In this document: in pieces, positions 27,306-40,343 of the stretch
Layout of the letters: each line of letters begins with the position of its first letter
Numbering within the stretch: the first letter of the stretch is position 1
NCBI RefSeq assembly: GCF_006345805.1
Contig: NC_043006.1
Coordinates: forward strand, 96,038,001-96,102,000
DNA: 64,000 bases
DNA from: Octopus sinensis
Lineage: Eukaryota
Direction: 5' to 3'
Position numbers and translations under genes: made by a program
The notes under the pieces: model-generated
Seen by the model: the letters and a program-made list of their open reading frames with translations, nothing else
Told to the model about the DNA's origin: nothing
The model's database searches: none

Positions 27306-28297
27306 CTTGAATACATAAGATAGAGTCAACAAGAAGTACGGTAGGACACATATTTTTTAATCAGTACACGTTTCCATACAACATACTTCTTCATATATAG
27401 AGGTGTTTGATTATGTAACGGTTTACCTGTATAATGGTATGCAGTTGTATTTCTTCATGTGGTATTCAATTGCTGTTCTCGTTACATACAAGACCTTCGA
27501 CTTCGATGCTAACACATCCATTATACAGGTAAACTGTTGCATAATCAAATACCTGTATAAAAGAAAAATTACGTTGATTGGAGACATGTGTAGTGATTAC
27601 AAAATAACTGTCCAGCCGTACTACTTCATGTTGACTCTATCTTATTCAATTTTATTTTCACACACGACGAACGCCTAAACCTAGACTTGGACGTGTATCG
27701 TAATACTAGCGGCTATTAAGTAATTCTAAGGGGAACGAGCTCTATTTTGTACTCTGCTACGTTCCTAACGAAATATACATTATATATACAAGAATTCATA
27801 TCAAATTAGCAGCTGCTAACTACCTAGAACCCACAAGAGTAAAGAGAGTCCGAGACAGGCAGAAACAAGTGAAATTTCCCCTGCATTTCAAAACTATGGA
27901 AATATATTAAAAAAAAAAACATTTCATTTAATTTTTCCACATGTATTTACGGAATCCAGCAGCATATGAATTTTATAAACCATGTGAAGTAGCAGAACTG
28001 ATAAGGTTAAATCTATGATCTTTTCGTTTTATTTCTCTTACAGCATCATTTAACCACCACAGACACGCACACACATACACACATATGCATGTACACAGGA
28101 ATATACATACATTACACGATGATGGAAGTCCACTAAGAATTGAGTATAGCTGGCACTCGTTAATGAGCTGCTCATGGAAGCTGACTCTTCAGCTCGGGTG
28201 ATGATGACTGGTTTTTATCAAACGCCTCGCATAAATGTGTCCTCAGTTAAATGTAGTGCAAATTCATGACATTTAGTATTGTGCACAGACATGTGTG

Positions 28298-28614
28298 GAG
28301 TCAGGTGGCTTAGATGTTAGGGTGTTCAGTTAAGGATCGTAAGGTTGTGAGTTCAGTTACTCGCTACGCGTTGCGTCCTTGAGCAAGACACTTTATTTCA
28401 CGTTGCCCCAGTCGAATCAGCTGGCTAAAATGAGTTGTACCTGTACTTCAAAGGGACATCCATGTTACTTTTTGTGTCACGCTGGATCTCCCTGAGAACT
28501 ATATTAAGGGGACACGTGTTTGCGGGGTACACAGCTACTTGCACGTTGATTTCACGAGCTGGTTGTGCTGTTGATTGTGGTCAACTGGAACACTCGTCGT
28601 AACCGACGGGGTGC
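28298..28614 (+). mobile_element. SINE family C
   Basis: Matches 39860-40176. Confidence 0.85.
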
Positions 28615-28692
28615 TAGCTATACAGTCACTATATCTTCTCCGAGCACTAAAGGACACCCATTAGTTTGATATACAGGTGCACACACACACAT

Positions 28693-28735
<43 letters not shown>

Positions 28736-28861
28736 ATATATATATATATATATATATAGTGTGTGTGTGCGTTCCCTCGCAGGCATGTGTAAACATTCAA
28801 CTGGGTTTCGAACAATTTCTATTCCTAAATGCCCTCAAAATGCGTTGCTGGTCAAACCCGG

Positions 28862-29023
28862 TTATGGCAGTAAAGTACCGCTCTCTGTGCATCTCGTTTT
28901 CCTTGTCTGTGTGTCCTGGTGAAAGATGGACTTTCTTCGTTCTTTGAACGGAGTAACATTCTCTGTGTCAGAAGGTTGCTCCGAAGATCTACGAGGATTT
29001 AAGGATTCATGCTTGCAATTATT
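28862..29023 (-). CDS. Candidate terminal exon of an unknown host gene (speculative)
   Basis: Pyrimidine-rich acceptor TTCATTTTATTTTGTTACTCCCTTCAG, then an open phase-0 frame NNCKHESLNPRRSSEQPSDTENVTPFKERRKSIFHQDTQTRKTRCTESGTLLP*. No partner exons identified. Confidence 0.2.
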   Translation of the reverse strand, partial: NNCKHESLNPRRSSEQPSDTENVTPFKERRKSIFHQDTQTRKTRCTESGTLLP

Positions 29024-29171
29024 CTGAAGGGAGTAACAAAATAAAATGAATGTGCCGTAGTGGATTTGATTTCAAAAATAGAGAATTCTTCTAAAATACC
29101 TGCCCTCTTTGCTTCCTTTGTTAAATGAGAATATTCACTAGAGCAACGCCAGACAAAACAGCATATGATGT

Positions 29172-29385
29172 TCCTTTCTAGTATAGACACACAAGCTGAA
29201 ATTTTGGGGAAAGAGGCCGTCGATTGCATCGACCACAGTGCGTAAATGGTACTAATTTTATCGACCCCGAGAAGATGAAAGGCAAAGTCGACCTCAGCGG
29301 AATTTGAACTCAGAACGTAAGGACGGAGGAAATGCCGCTAAGCCTTTTGCCTAGCGTACTAGCGATTCTGTCTCCTCGATGCCTT
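29172..29385 (-). mobile_element. SINE family B
   Basis: Reverse complement of the family B head and core. Confidence 0.8.
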
Positions 29386-29410
29386 TAAAAAAACAGCATA
29401 TGATATTGAG

Positions 29411-29845
29411 TTGAGGTGAGCTGGGAAAGTCGTTAGCACACCGGTTAAAATGCTTGGTGGCATCTTGTCCATCTTTACATTCTGAGTTCAAATTTCGCCG
29501 AGGTCGACTTTGCCTTTCGAAACCTTTGAGATTTGATAGAATAAGTAACAGTTAAGAACTGACATCAGTGTAATCAACTTACCCGCTGACTCGATATTAC
29601 TGTCCTTGTGCCAAAATTTGAAACCATTATTAAGGCGGTAAGCTAGCAGAATCGTTAGCATGATGAACAAAATACGCCATTTTTTTCGCCTCGTTTCTTT
29701 TTGAGTTCAAAGACCGATGATGTCAGCTTTGCCTTTGATCCTTTCCGGGTCGATAGAATAAGTACAAGTTGATCACTAGGGTCGATGTAACAGACCTATA
29801 CCCTCCCCAAAAATTGCTGGCATTTTGCCAGAATTCGAAATCAAT
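29411..29845 (+). mobile_element. Two tandem degenerate SINE family B copies
   Basis: Heads at about 29411 and 29632, each followed by the B core. Confidence 0.7.
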
Positions 29846-30500
29846 ACTGAGTTGCGTTTCTTAGCATTATACTGCTTATAGAGGTGAGGCGTAGGATTTA
29901 AGTATTTTATCCTTCTAGGCACCAATAAAATAAGATTTGTCAAATACTATTACAACGCTATATAAATCACAACATCCACAGAAACAGCACTGAGTATACA
30001 CTAAGAATCGATATAAGAATAAAGGAGTCGCTTCTAAACCTAAAATTCATATCTATCCGTACACACTGAACGGTAAATTTCATCGAAGAAGATCTTTCGA
30101 TGAATTTTTCGCATATGACCTGACATAGCATTGTTTATACATATGACATTTTCATATTGTAAGTACATGTTATATAAAGACTTTGAAATGCCCGGAGTTG
30201 TCCTTACATAACAGAAATCCATTCGGTTTCCTTTAAATTTTATTCGATAAAATCTTTTATGTAGGGCGACCGAAAACTTTTACAGCGTCAAATTTTGGAT
30301 GGCCAACCACTATGTCATGATATTCCAACAATATTTTGGCAATATTTAACAGTCAAGTGCAGTATATTTACAACGTAGCACAGACAAAAACGCATTATAC
30401 ATACATAGATATACTAACACACATACACAGCAACAACAACAACTGGAACACACACAACCACGCACACAAACACACAGAGTTACACACACACACACATACC

Positions 30501-30554
<54 letters not shown>

Positions 30555-30559
30555 TATCT

Positions 30560-30915
30560 TGGCACTCCGTCGGTTACGACGACGAGGATCCCAGTTCTTC
30601 TAATCAATAGAACAACCTGCTTGTGAAATTAACATACAAGTGGCCGTGTATTCCACATACACGTGTAACCTTGACGTAGTTCTAGGGGGAGTTCCAACGT
30701 GACAGAGAGTGTGACAAGGCTGGCCCTTTGAAATACAGGTACAACAGAAACGGGGGAAAATAGTGAGAGAAAGTTGTGAAGGAGTATAGCAGGGTTCGAC
30801 ACCACCTTCTGCCGGAGCCTCGTGGAACATTAAGTGTTTTCGCCGGTCTGGGAATCGAAACCGTGATCCTATGACCACGAGTCCGCTGCCCTAACCACTG
30901 GGTCATTGCACCTCC
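30560..30915 (-). mobile_element. SINE family C
   Basis: GGCACTCCGTCGGTTACGACGACGAG..CCCTAACCACTGGG, reverse complement of family C. Confidence 0.88.
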
Positions 30916-31059
30916 AACATAGTTACATATTCATTCTCTGAATTTTTTTGCTTCTCTGTTTGTTATTTTATATTTTTTACCTGGATTTTAAATAATCCCA
31001 CACTGTGCTGTTTTCGATGTATTTATGAATCATTTGTGATCAATAAAGAAAACGTCATC

Positions 31060-31423
31060 GTGGTAAATAGCTTGCTTACCAACCATATGGTTCCGTGTTC
31101 AGTCCCACTGCGTGGCACCTTGGACAGGTGTCTTCTACTATAACCGGGGGCCGACCAAAGCCTTGTGAGTGGATTTGGTAGACGGAAACTGAAAGAAGCC
31201 CTTCGTATATATATATGTTTGTGTGTCTGTGTTTGTCTCCCCAACATTGCTTGACAACCGATGCTGGTGTGTTTACGTCCCCGTCACCTAGCGCTCTGGC
31301 AAGAGAGACCGATACAATGAGTACTAGGGTTACAAAGAATAAGTGCTGGTGTCGATTTGCTCGACTAAATGCGGTGCTCCAGCATGGCCACAGTCAAATG
31401 ACTGAAACAAATAAAAGAAAAGA
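31060..31423 (+). mobile_element. SINE family A
   Basis: Both modules present. Confidence 0.9.
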
Positions 31424-31445
31424 ACATCATTAATATTAATACAAT

Positions 31446-31660
31446 TAAGGTTGTGTACTGGCAGAATTGTTAGCTTAGCGTGGGCGGGAGCTTAGAAGCA
31501 TGTCACCCTTCTCTACCTCTTGCGTTCAAGTTCCACACAGATCAGCTTTGCCTTTCATCCTTTCGGGGTCGATAAAATAAATATCAGTCCAGCACTGGGG
31601 TCGATGTAATTGATTTAACCACTCCCCAGAATTTCAGGCCTTGTGTCTATGGTAATAAAG
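31446..31660 (+). mobile_element. SINE family B, degenerate
   Basis: GCCTTTCATCCTTTCGGGGTCGATAAAA core. Confidence 0.75.
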
Positions 31661-31687
31661 GATTATTATCAATACAATTATTACGTA

Positions 31688-32070
31688 GGTGCAGGCGGCG
31701 TGGATGTATGGTAAGTAGCTTGCTTACCAATCACATGGTTCCAGCTATAGTTCCACTTCATAGCACCTTGGGCAAGTGTCTTCTGCTATAGTGGATTTGT
31801 TAGTGGATTTGGTAGACGGAAACTGAAAGAAGCCCGTCGTACACATATACATGCATGTGTGTGTGTGTTTTTTCCCCTTACCCCAACATCGCTTGACAAC
31901 TGATGTTGGTGTGACCACGTCCTCGTAACCTAGTGGTTCGGCAAAATAGACCGATAGAATAAGTACTTGGCTTACAAAGAATAAGTACTGGGATCGATTT
32001 GTTCGACTAAAGTCGGTACTCCAGCTTGGCAACAGTCAAATGACCGAAACAAAGAAAAGAATAAAAGAAT
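31688..32070 (+). mobile_element. SINE family A
   Basis: Both modules present. Confidence 0.87.
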
Positions 32071-32109
32071 GACATGTTTCATTATTTAACAGGGATGTAG
32101 TCTTGAAGT

Positions 32110-32470
32110 TTTTGACAGTGAGTCTCCTCAAATATCATGACCTTTTCTGAGAATTCTTGCAGAATATAAGACGACATTCTTTTGCAGGTCAATAATGCAA
32201 TTCTTAATCCCAGTTCGCAAAGCACCAATTCCTTTATAAATAACTGTCATCTTAGTTTTCCACAATCTCTCCATTTCATCTCTCACGTTATGTCCTGATA
32301 TTTCTCAAGTTTTTATTTCTTTTTTTTATTTCTTTAGTGTCCATTCCGTTATCACATGAAATTGCAAAGTCTATAATCTCTCAATTTTTGTATCGCTTGT
32401 CCTCTATAATCCGATCTTGTTGCTTCAATAATATGGTCAGTTATCATGGAGAAGTTTTATAAATACCTAT
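32110..32470 (-). mobile_element. Non-LTR retrotransposon restriction-like endonuclease (RLE) C-terminal relic (R4/NeSL-type)
   Basis: Own frameshift-tolerant translation TDHIIEATRSD..EIIDFAISCD..EKYQD..EMERLW..GIGAL..DLQKNVVLYSARILRK, matching PD..D..KYQDL..LW..GALG..LQK..LLGTARILRK. Confidence 0.7.
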
Positions 32471-32921
32471 AATTCGTTCTCTCTATCACTGCTTCGGGCT
32501 CCAGTTTAATTCTAGAGAATGCGCTTAAGAAATAATTTGTAACTCTTCCGATTACCGAGATCAAAATAATATACACTCTAAGTTAAAGTTGCATTTCGTC
32601 GATTAACTTTCCAGAATAGCTACACTAAAGTACCAGTCATACACTGCGGTTGATTAAATCCACTATATTACACTACACTATACTTCACTATATAAACCTC
32701 TTCCTGCATCTCTGTCATTACCCTCTCCCGCGCTCTCTCTCTCTTTCTCCAAAATTATGTGGCCTTCTGCCAAAGTAAATCAATACCATTATTAATATTC
32801 TCTTTATTCTATTTAACTCATTCATAAATTAGTTTTGATCTTTATTAATATTTTGATAACTTCATATTATTACCATTATTAATATTATCATTATCCTTAT
32901 TATTATTATCATCATTATCAT

Positions 32922-33070
<149 letters not shown>

Positions 33071-33791
33071 TATAATATTGTTATTTAGATATAATTTTTG
33101 TTTCATATTTTTTTGCTGTTTTTTGATTTCTATACATTTTATATTTCAATCTCGTATTCTTCTTTATTTTTTTTTATTATATCTGTTTTGTTTTTATTTC
33201 ATTTTATTTCATTCCAATTCGGTATTCTGTTACTATTGACATAGTTTTTTATATTTTTATTTTCCTATTGACGGTAAATATTTTTTCTACGATTCTTGTA
33301 TTCACTTCGTGTGTATATGTGTTATTTATTATAATTTTTTCTTTTTATTTTTACATTTCATTTGATGTACGTTGTTTTATTATAATTTTTTTATGTTTGC
33401 TTGTTTCTAAACATGATTTTGTATGGGAGCTCTTGTGGGCTTCTTCCTCAAATTATCTGTGCTTTTCTGTATGTGTGTGTTTTTGTGTGTGTATGTATGT
33501 GTGTCTTTGTCAGTGAGCTCACGAGTATAAAGAGTGTGTGTGTATGTTTGTGTGTATGTGTGTGAGCGTGTGTGTCCTAGATTTGTAATTTCTACGTCTG
33601 TATTCGTCAGTGCGTGTATTTTTGTAGTCGTAGATGTATCTTGCATTTACGATTCGATCTACGGACAGAAGAATCTATTTATGCATATGGGTGTGTATAA
33701 ACATATGCATAGGTATATATTATACATATATGTATATATATATATATATACGTATGTATATATATATATAATGTATATATAGTATAATATG

Positions 33792-33829
<38 letters not shown>

Positions 33830-34986
33830 TAATATATATGTATGTATGTATGTATATACGTTTATGTGTACGTGTAAGCATATACACACATATATGAAAA
33901 CTACTATGATAAAGGATATATATGTATATATAGGATACATACACATACATATATATATATGATATATATCATATATATGTGAATATAGGGTATATACACT
34001 CATACATATATATATGAATAGATGATATACATATATGTGGGTGTGTGTATATGCATATGAGAATACGTGTTTTATGTGTGCTGTTTGTCGTTGCTCTCAT
34101 ACGTAACAACCAACCTACATGTTTATCGACATACATATATACATACACACATATGTACGTACACTTATGTGCGTGTGTGCCTATCTGCATACGGTGAGCT
34201 GTTTACTGTGCATGCGTCTGTTTGTATGTGTGTGTGTGTGTGTGTGTGTGTAACTGTGTATGCATGCATGGATGACGGGTGTATACATTCTCATATGTGA
34301 AGTTGTGATTCAATACTTATATCTGTCTGTGTTGAAGATGGCTTGATGTTTAGGTGTCTATGTATGTATGTGTTTTATATGTATGTATGTGTGTATGTAT
34401 GTATATAGGTACGTACCTATGTATGTATGTGTGTATGTATGTAATATACGTATGTATGTGCATACGTACGTATGAATGTATGTATGTGTTATGTACGTAT
34501 TTAAGTATACATGTATGCACCTACGTACATAAGCATTATGTATGTACGTACGTACGGAGGTATGTATTGTGTATGTATGTATCTGTCTTTGTACTGAACA
34601 CATGCGTGTCTGTTTGTGTTTATACGCGTAAGTGCGCATACACACACTTATGTGTTTGTCTGTGTATTTAAATGACTGTGCGTGTTAGCGTGTTTGAGTT
34701 CGTATGTGTGTGCATACTTCTACCTGAGAAGCTGTTTTTTTCCTTAGAAATGTACTCACATTTTCAGTATTATTATGAATGTATATATATATGTGTGTGT
34801 GCGTGTGCGTGTATGTAGGTGTCGTTGTATGGATTCGACAGTGTGTATGTGTATCTGTGTATCTGTGTGTGTGTGTGGTGGCATCTTGATTTCATTTCGA
34901 AATTTTGATGCATACACATATACATATAAACACACTCGCACACACAGATATACATATATGTATGAATATATTATATATATATATAA

Positions 34987-35028
<42 letters not shown>

Positions 35029-35223
35029 TATATATATATATATATATATAATATATATATATATATACATACATATATATATGTATGTAGGTATATGTGT
35101 ATATAAATGACACCATGTATTTATTATTGATTAATGTTCTCATTGTATGAACAGTTTTTTTGTCTATTAAGTAATTGTGTGTATATTTATTTTAAGAGTA
35201 TGTGCGTATATATACATACATAT

Positions 35224-35278
<55 letters not shown>

Positions 35279-35533
35279 CATATATATATACATATAAAAT
35301 TGTTCGTTTGTTTTCCACCTGCCTTCGTCTTTTGTTTATTTTCATAAAGCTTCCCGTTATATATACATATATACATACACATATATACACATATATATAC
35401 GTATATATATATATATACATATATATATATGTATAATATATACATATATGCATACATATATATTATACCTACACACATACACACACATACACACACCCAC
35501 ACATATACATATGCTCAATACGGATATATATGC

Positions 35534-35564
<31 letters not shown>

Positions 35565-36252
35565 CGTATATAAGCTTATATGTATGTATGCCATATTATA
35601 GAACATACGTCTATGCTCTAACAGTGGGTGTATAGTCATATACATTAATATGTTTTTAGTTTTAAGACCCTTCATTGATAGTATAACACTTTTCTCTTTT
35701 ACCCTTCCCCCTCCTACGTCTCTCTTGCAATTTACTCACCTCGTCTCCTCTGTATTGATAACACACTCTCCCTATGCCCCGGTGTCTCTCTCAATCTCAT
35801 TATCCTGCCATCTCTCTCTCTCTCTGTTTCTATCTTTGTTCTTTATTATCCTTCTTCCCCACCTATGCTGATTTCGCTCCCCCCACCCTGTGTCTCCACG
35901 TATTTGCAAATCTGAATGGTGTTTTATTAAAATTATACTTTGTTTATACGAATCAATCTGCATTCTGCCGAATGCGAAAGTGTTGCGATGTAATAATATA
36001 GCTGTCTACGTTCACGTTGCCGTTTGTATTGACGTTTTTCGTTTTTTTAATTATTTCATATTATTTCTACGTTGAATGTCTACTGTGTGGGTCAGTCTGG
36101 GAATGCGCTTGTGTGTGCGTCTGTGTGTCAGAACTGTACAATGAAATTAAATGAATCAATGTTTTATGCAGGTACAGCCACTATAACTTTTCATGCTGTC
36201 CTGGTATACTGAACACAAAACTATATATTAATATGCAACTATATATATATAG

Positions 36253-36295
<43 letters not shown>

Positions 36296-36343
36296 ATAGA
36301 TAGATAGATCGATACATTAAAAATTGCACACACACACAGATGT

Positions 36344-36443
36344 NNNNNNNNNNNNNNNNNNNNNNNNNNNNNNNNNNNNNNNNNNNNNNNNNNNNNNNNN
36401 NNNNNNNNNNNNNNNNNNNNNNNNNNNNNNNNNNNNNNNNNNN
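36344..36443. other. Assembly gap (100 N)
   Basis: Run of exactly 100 N. Confidence 1.
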
Positions 36444-36467
36444 CTCACAATACATACATACATACAT

Positions 36468-36498
<31 letters not shown>

Positions 36499-36600
36499 CA
36501 CACACACACACACACACAAAACATATATATATATAACTAATGTAGGATAAAATGTTTTTAAAAAAGAAATTTTATCAATGGCCAGCATATCAAAAAATAA

Positions 36601-36893
36601 ATAACTTATAAAATAAATAACTTATAAAGGGCAAAAGAAAAATTCTAATGCCTAATATGCCGAAAAAAAGACAAAATTGTCAATAACCATTATAATTTAT
36701 GCGTCTCGAAACAAGCCGATAGAAATTTCTAAATTAACCCCGAAATTGGGACCAATACGGTAGTATCGGATTATTTAGAAATTTCTATCGGCTTGTTTCG
36801 AGACGCATAAATTATAATGGTTATTGACAATTTTGTCTTTTTTTCGGCATATTTGGCATTAAATTTTTCTTTTGCCCTTATTTTATAAGTTAT
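36601..36893. mobile_element. Palindromic MITE-like element
   Basis: Arms 36601-36734 and 36773-36893 are near-perfect inverted repeats around a 38-bp spacer; right end abuts (TA)n. Confidence 0.8.
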
Positions 36894-36898
36894 ATATA

Positions 36899-36957
<59 letters not shown>

Positions 36958-37035
36958 CCAGCTCTCTATGTGTAGATATAAATATATATATCTATATCTG
37001 TACCTATATATTTATATATATATATATATATATAT

Positions 37036-37192
37036 GACGAGCTTCTTTTAGTTTCCGTCTAACAAATTCACTCACAAGCCCTTGGACTGTTTGTGGCTAA
37101 AGCAGAAGACACTCGCCTCATGTGCCACGCAGTGAGACTGAACTCCTGCAATTGGATAGTAAACTTGTTACCTCGCATCCACACCTACCCCT
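37036..37192 (-). mobile_element. SINE family A, 5' module, degenerate
   Basis: GACGAGCTTCTTTTAGTTTCCGTC..GTGCCACGCAGTGAGACTGAAC. Confidence 0.7.
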
Positions 37193-37821
37193 ATGTAACA
37201 TTATATTTAGGGCAAGATAAACAATCCGTTTCTATTGAAGTCTGTCGGGTTTGTTCGGGGGAATATTTGTATGCTATTCATAGAATCATTATAGATTCTC
37301 TTTCGCTCAATCATTCCTTGTGAATTTCTGAATGCCTTATTTAATTGCATAACGACACGCAACGCTTAAGACATCATACGTTCGATTCTTCTGTCATATT
37401 CTCCCGCTGACCAATCAAATCCCACTTGAAAATACTGACTGCACGTATTCAAAAATATCTTATGAATTTGCAAATGTTCTCTCCGTTAAGTGATGCGGAC
37501 ATAGAATACGTGAAACTGCCAGTTGTGAAGAAGAAATAGTTTATCAGATTTTAATAACAAAAGAATCCTAACTGTGTTTGCTTCCGTTTAGAACTGTTAT
37601 TCTTGGAATATACACCGAAACACTGGCGCGCACACACACATACGCACACACAGTCACACACACGCACATACACGCAGACAGATACACGCACACACAAATA
37701 CACACAGAGACACACACACATACATAATTCGCTAGTATAAAGGTAAAACACTTGGTCGCGTTAAAAAAAGGATGTTAGTTCGAGTCCCACGCGAATAGGA
37801 AAACGTTCTTTTTTACATAAT

Positions 37822-37978
37822 CGCAGGAGTGGCCGCTGTAAGAAATTTGCTTCCCAATCACATGGTTGAGGGTTCAGTCCCACTGCGTGGCATCTTGGGC
37901 AAGTGTTTTCTACGATAGCTTCAGGCCGACCAAAGCCTTGTCAGTGGATCTGGTAGAAGGAAACTGAAAGAGGCCTGT

Positions 37979-37980
<2 letters not shown>
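37822..37980 (+). mobile_element. SINE family A, 5' module
   Basis: CGCAGGAGTGGC..GGTTCAGTCCCACTGCGTGGCATCTTGGGCAAG.. followed by (TA)n. Confidence 0.85.
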
Positions 37981-38019
<39 letters not shown>

Positions 38020-38169
38020 GGATATATATATGGATATAATTAAGATTCAGTTGAATCAGGTACTACTTATCACAATCAAAAGACCTAATGCAGCTAGTAT
38101 TCTGCATCCACTTAGAATTAAAACCACGTGCTTATACCAGTCGCTTCTCATAAGCTAGTTCTTCTAGCG

Positions 38170-38580
38170 CTCATAATAATTTTTCTTTCGTCTTGGCGTA
38201 ACAGCCCTCACCGTTTGTTTTTATTGTTTAGTTGTTCTTACTGTCCTATTCTTGTTCCCACTTCTTCCCTCCACAAAAAATCCCAAATTTTATTTGATTT
38301 GCTTTGCGGGAAGGATTGTTTCAATGAAGCCGCGTATTGTCCTTGCCTTCGGACGCGAAGAAGATGAAACAGGGACAACTGATGAAGGGGAATATTCTTT
38401 ATGTTGCATGTCTCGTTTCTCTGTTTGTTTGTTTTTTTTCGTTGTTCGAAAAAAGTTCATTTTTCTATATTTTTGTTTTTATGTTTTTGTTTCTCATTGT
38501 GTTCAAAGTTCTTTTTATGTGCAGTACCCATATATGCATGTATATATACACATATATGTAGCTATGTACATATATGTATG
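38170..38580. repeat. Dispersed repeat, paralog of 23090-23480
   Basis: Visual alignment with 23090-23480. Confidence 0.75.
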
Positions 38581-38654
38581 TATATATGCATATATTTATA
38601 TATTATTCATATTATCATATGATCGAACGCCACGCATCCTTTTCCAAGTAAGCT

Positions 38655-38695
<41 letters not shown>

Positions 38696-39053
38696 ACTTT
38701 TTTAGAAAAAGATTGTCAAAAGTAAAATGTAAAGCTTTGTATAAAGGCAGAAATATAGACGCCATCGAAGTGACTAACGGCACTAATCAGCACCAGTATT
38801 GCTAGAAATAAGAGTCAAAACAACTCAATAAAAACACTAGCCCAGTGACTAAGGGAGGCCACCTCGCTACTACATCTCCCTAAGCCCGCTGCTGTGTAAT
38901 TGGAACACAACCATGGATATATGAACCATAAATTCGGTCCCTCCCACGGTGGACTAATCTAAGAAATATTGTTCGCCTGATGTACTAACAGAGAGTTTAT
39001 AAAAATATTTTGCCCGGATAAATAATCTCTCATTAATAATTTTGTATATATAT

Positions 39054-39348
39054 GCACGGCTCAGTGGTTAAGGTGTTGCAATCATGATTGTGAGATCGGG
39101 GTTCGATTCCCAGACCGGGCGTTGCGTTATTTTCTTGAGGAAAGCACTTCATTTCACGTTGCTCTGTGATCATTTCATCATCTGACATGTGGCACCCGTT
39201 GCACCTGTACAGGTGATGTCGATTTGATGTAAGGAGTGAGTCTATGTGTAAACAACCAGTTGATCAATATAAACAAATTATCTGTGTGGTTGTTCGCTAA
39301 GAAATTGTCGAACCCTCATACGACGTCGAATGATGGGAGAGTCCATCA
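39054..39348 (+). mobile_element. tRNA-derived SINE (family D; head related to C)
   Basis: A-box GGCTCAGTGG and B-box GGTTCGATTCC, then a different body. Confidence 0.7.
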
Positions 39349-39372
39349 TATATATATATATATATATATATA

Positions 39373-39779
39373 GGCGTAGGAGTGGCTGTGTGGTAAGTAG
39401 CTTGCTTACGAACCACATGGTTCCGGGTTCAGTCCCACTGCGTGGCACCTTGGGCAAGTGTCTTCTACTATAGCCCCGGGCCGAACAAAGCCTTGTGAGT
39501 GGATTTGGTAGACGGAAACTGAAAGAAGCCCGTCATATATATGTATATTTATATGTGCGTGTTTGTGTGTCTGTGTTTGTCCCCCCAACATCGCTTGACA
39601 ACCGATGCTGGTGTGTTTACGTCCCTGTAACTTAGCGGTTCGGCAAAAAAGAGACCGATAAAATAAGTACTAGGCTTTCAAAGAATAAATCCTGGGGTCG
39701 ATTTGATCGATTAAAGGCGGTGCTCCAGCATGGCCACAGTCAAATGACTGAAACAAGTAAAAAGAGAAAAAAAGAGAGT
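39373..39779 (+). mobile_element. SINE family A, full-length reference copy
   Basis: GGCGTAGGAGTGGCTGTGTGGTAAG..GGTTCAGTCCC..(TA)/(TG) linker..CAGTCAAATGACTGAAACAAGTAAAAAGAG. Confidence 0.95.
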
Positions 39780-39859
39780 AAATATAACGTTAAAGGTAGC
39801 CTATAGAAAGAGGAGGCGTAAAAGAAAGGAATAAGCAGAAAACTAATAAAGGAGAGTGA

Positions 39860-40176
39860 GGGCGCGTGGCTTAGTGGTTAGGGCATTCGGCTCATGATCG
39901 TAAAGTTGTGAGTTCGATTCCCGGCGACGCGTTGTGTCCTTGAGCAAGACACTTTATTTCACGTTGCTCCAGTCCACTCAGCTGGCAAAAATGAGTTGTA
40001 CTTGTATTTCAAAGGGTCAGCCTTGTCACTCTCTGTGTCACGCTGATTATCCCCGAGAACTACGTTAAGGGTACACGTGTCTGTGGAATGCTCAGCCATT
40101 TGCACGTTAATTTCACGAGCAAGCTGTTCCGTTGATCGTATCAGCTGGGACCCTCGTCGTCGTAACCGGCGGAGTC
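39860..40176 (+). mobile_element. SINE family C, full-length reference copy
   Basis: A-box TGGCTTAGTGG and B-box GTTCGATTC; A-rich tail. Confidence 0.93.
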
Positions 40177-40343
40177 TTTAAAAAAAAAAATAAATAAAGG
40201 AGAAATATAGAGCGATATGTGAATTAAAATGAAAGCTTAAAAGCTTGGAAAGAGGTATACCTAGTAGAAGTGAGATGTAAGAAGAAAATCAATGTTCAAC
40301 TTAAATAGAATGGTAGATATCACTTATATGAACTATAAATATA

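Noticed and set aside
39860-39935. tRNA gene calls at SINE heads
   Set aside because: A and B boxes are present, but the sequence continues into repeated SINE bodies and no full cloverleaf is evident
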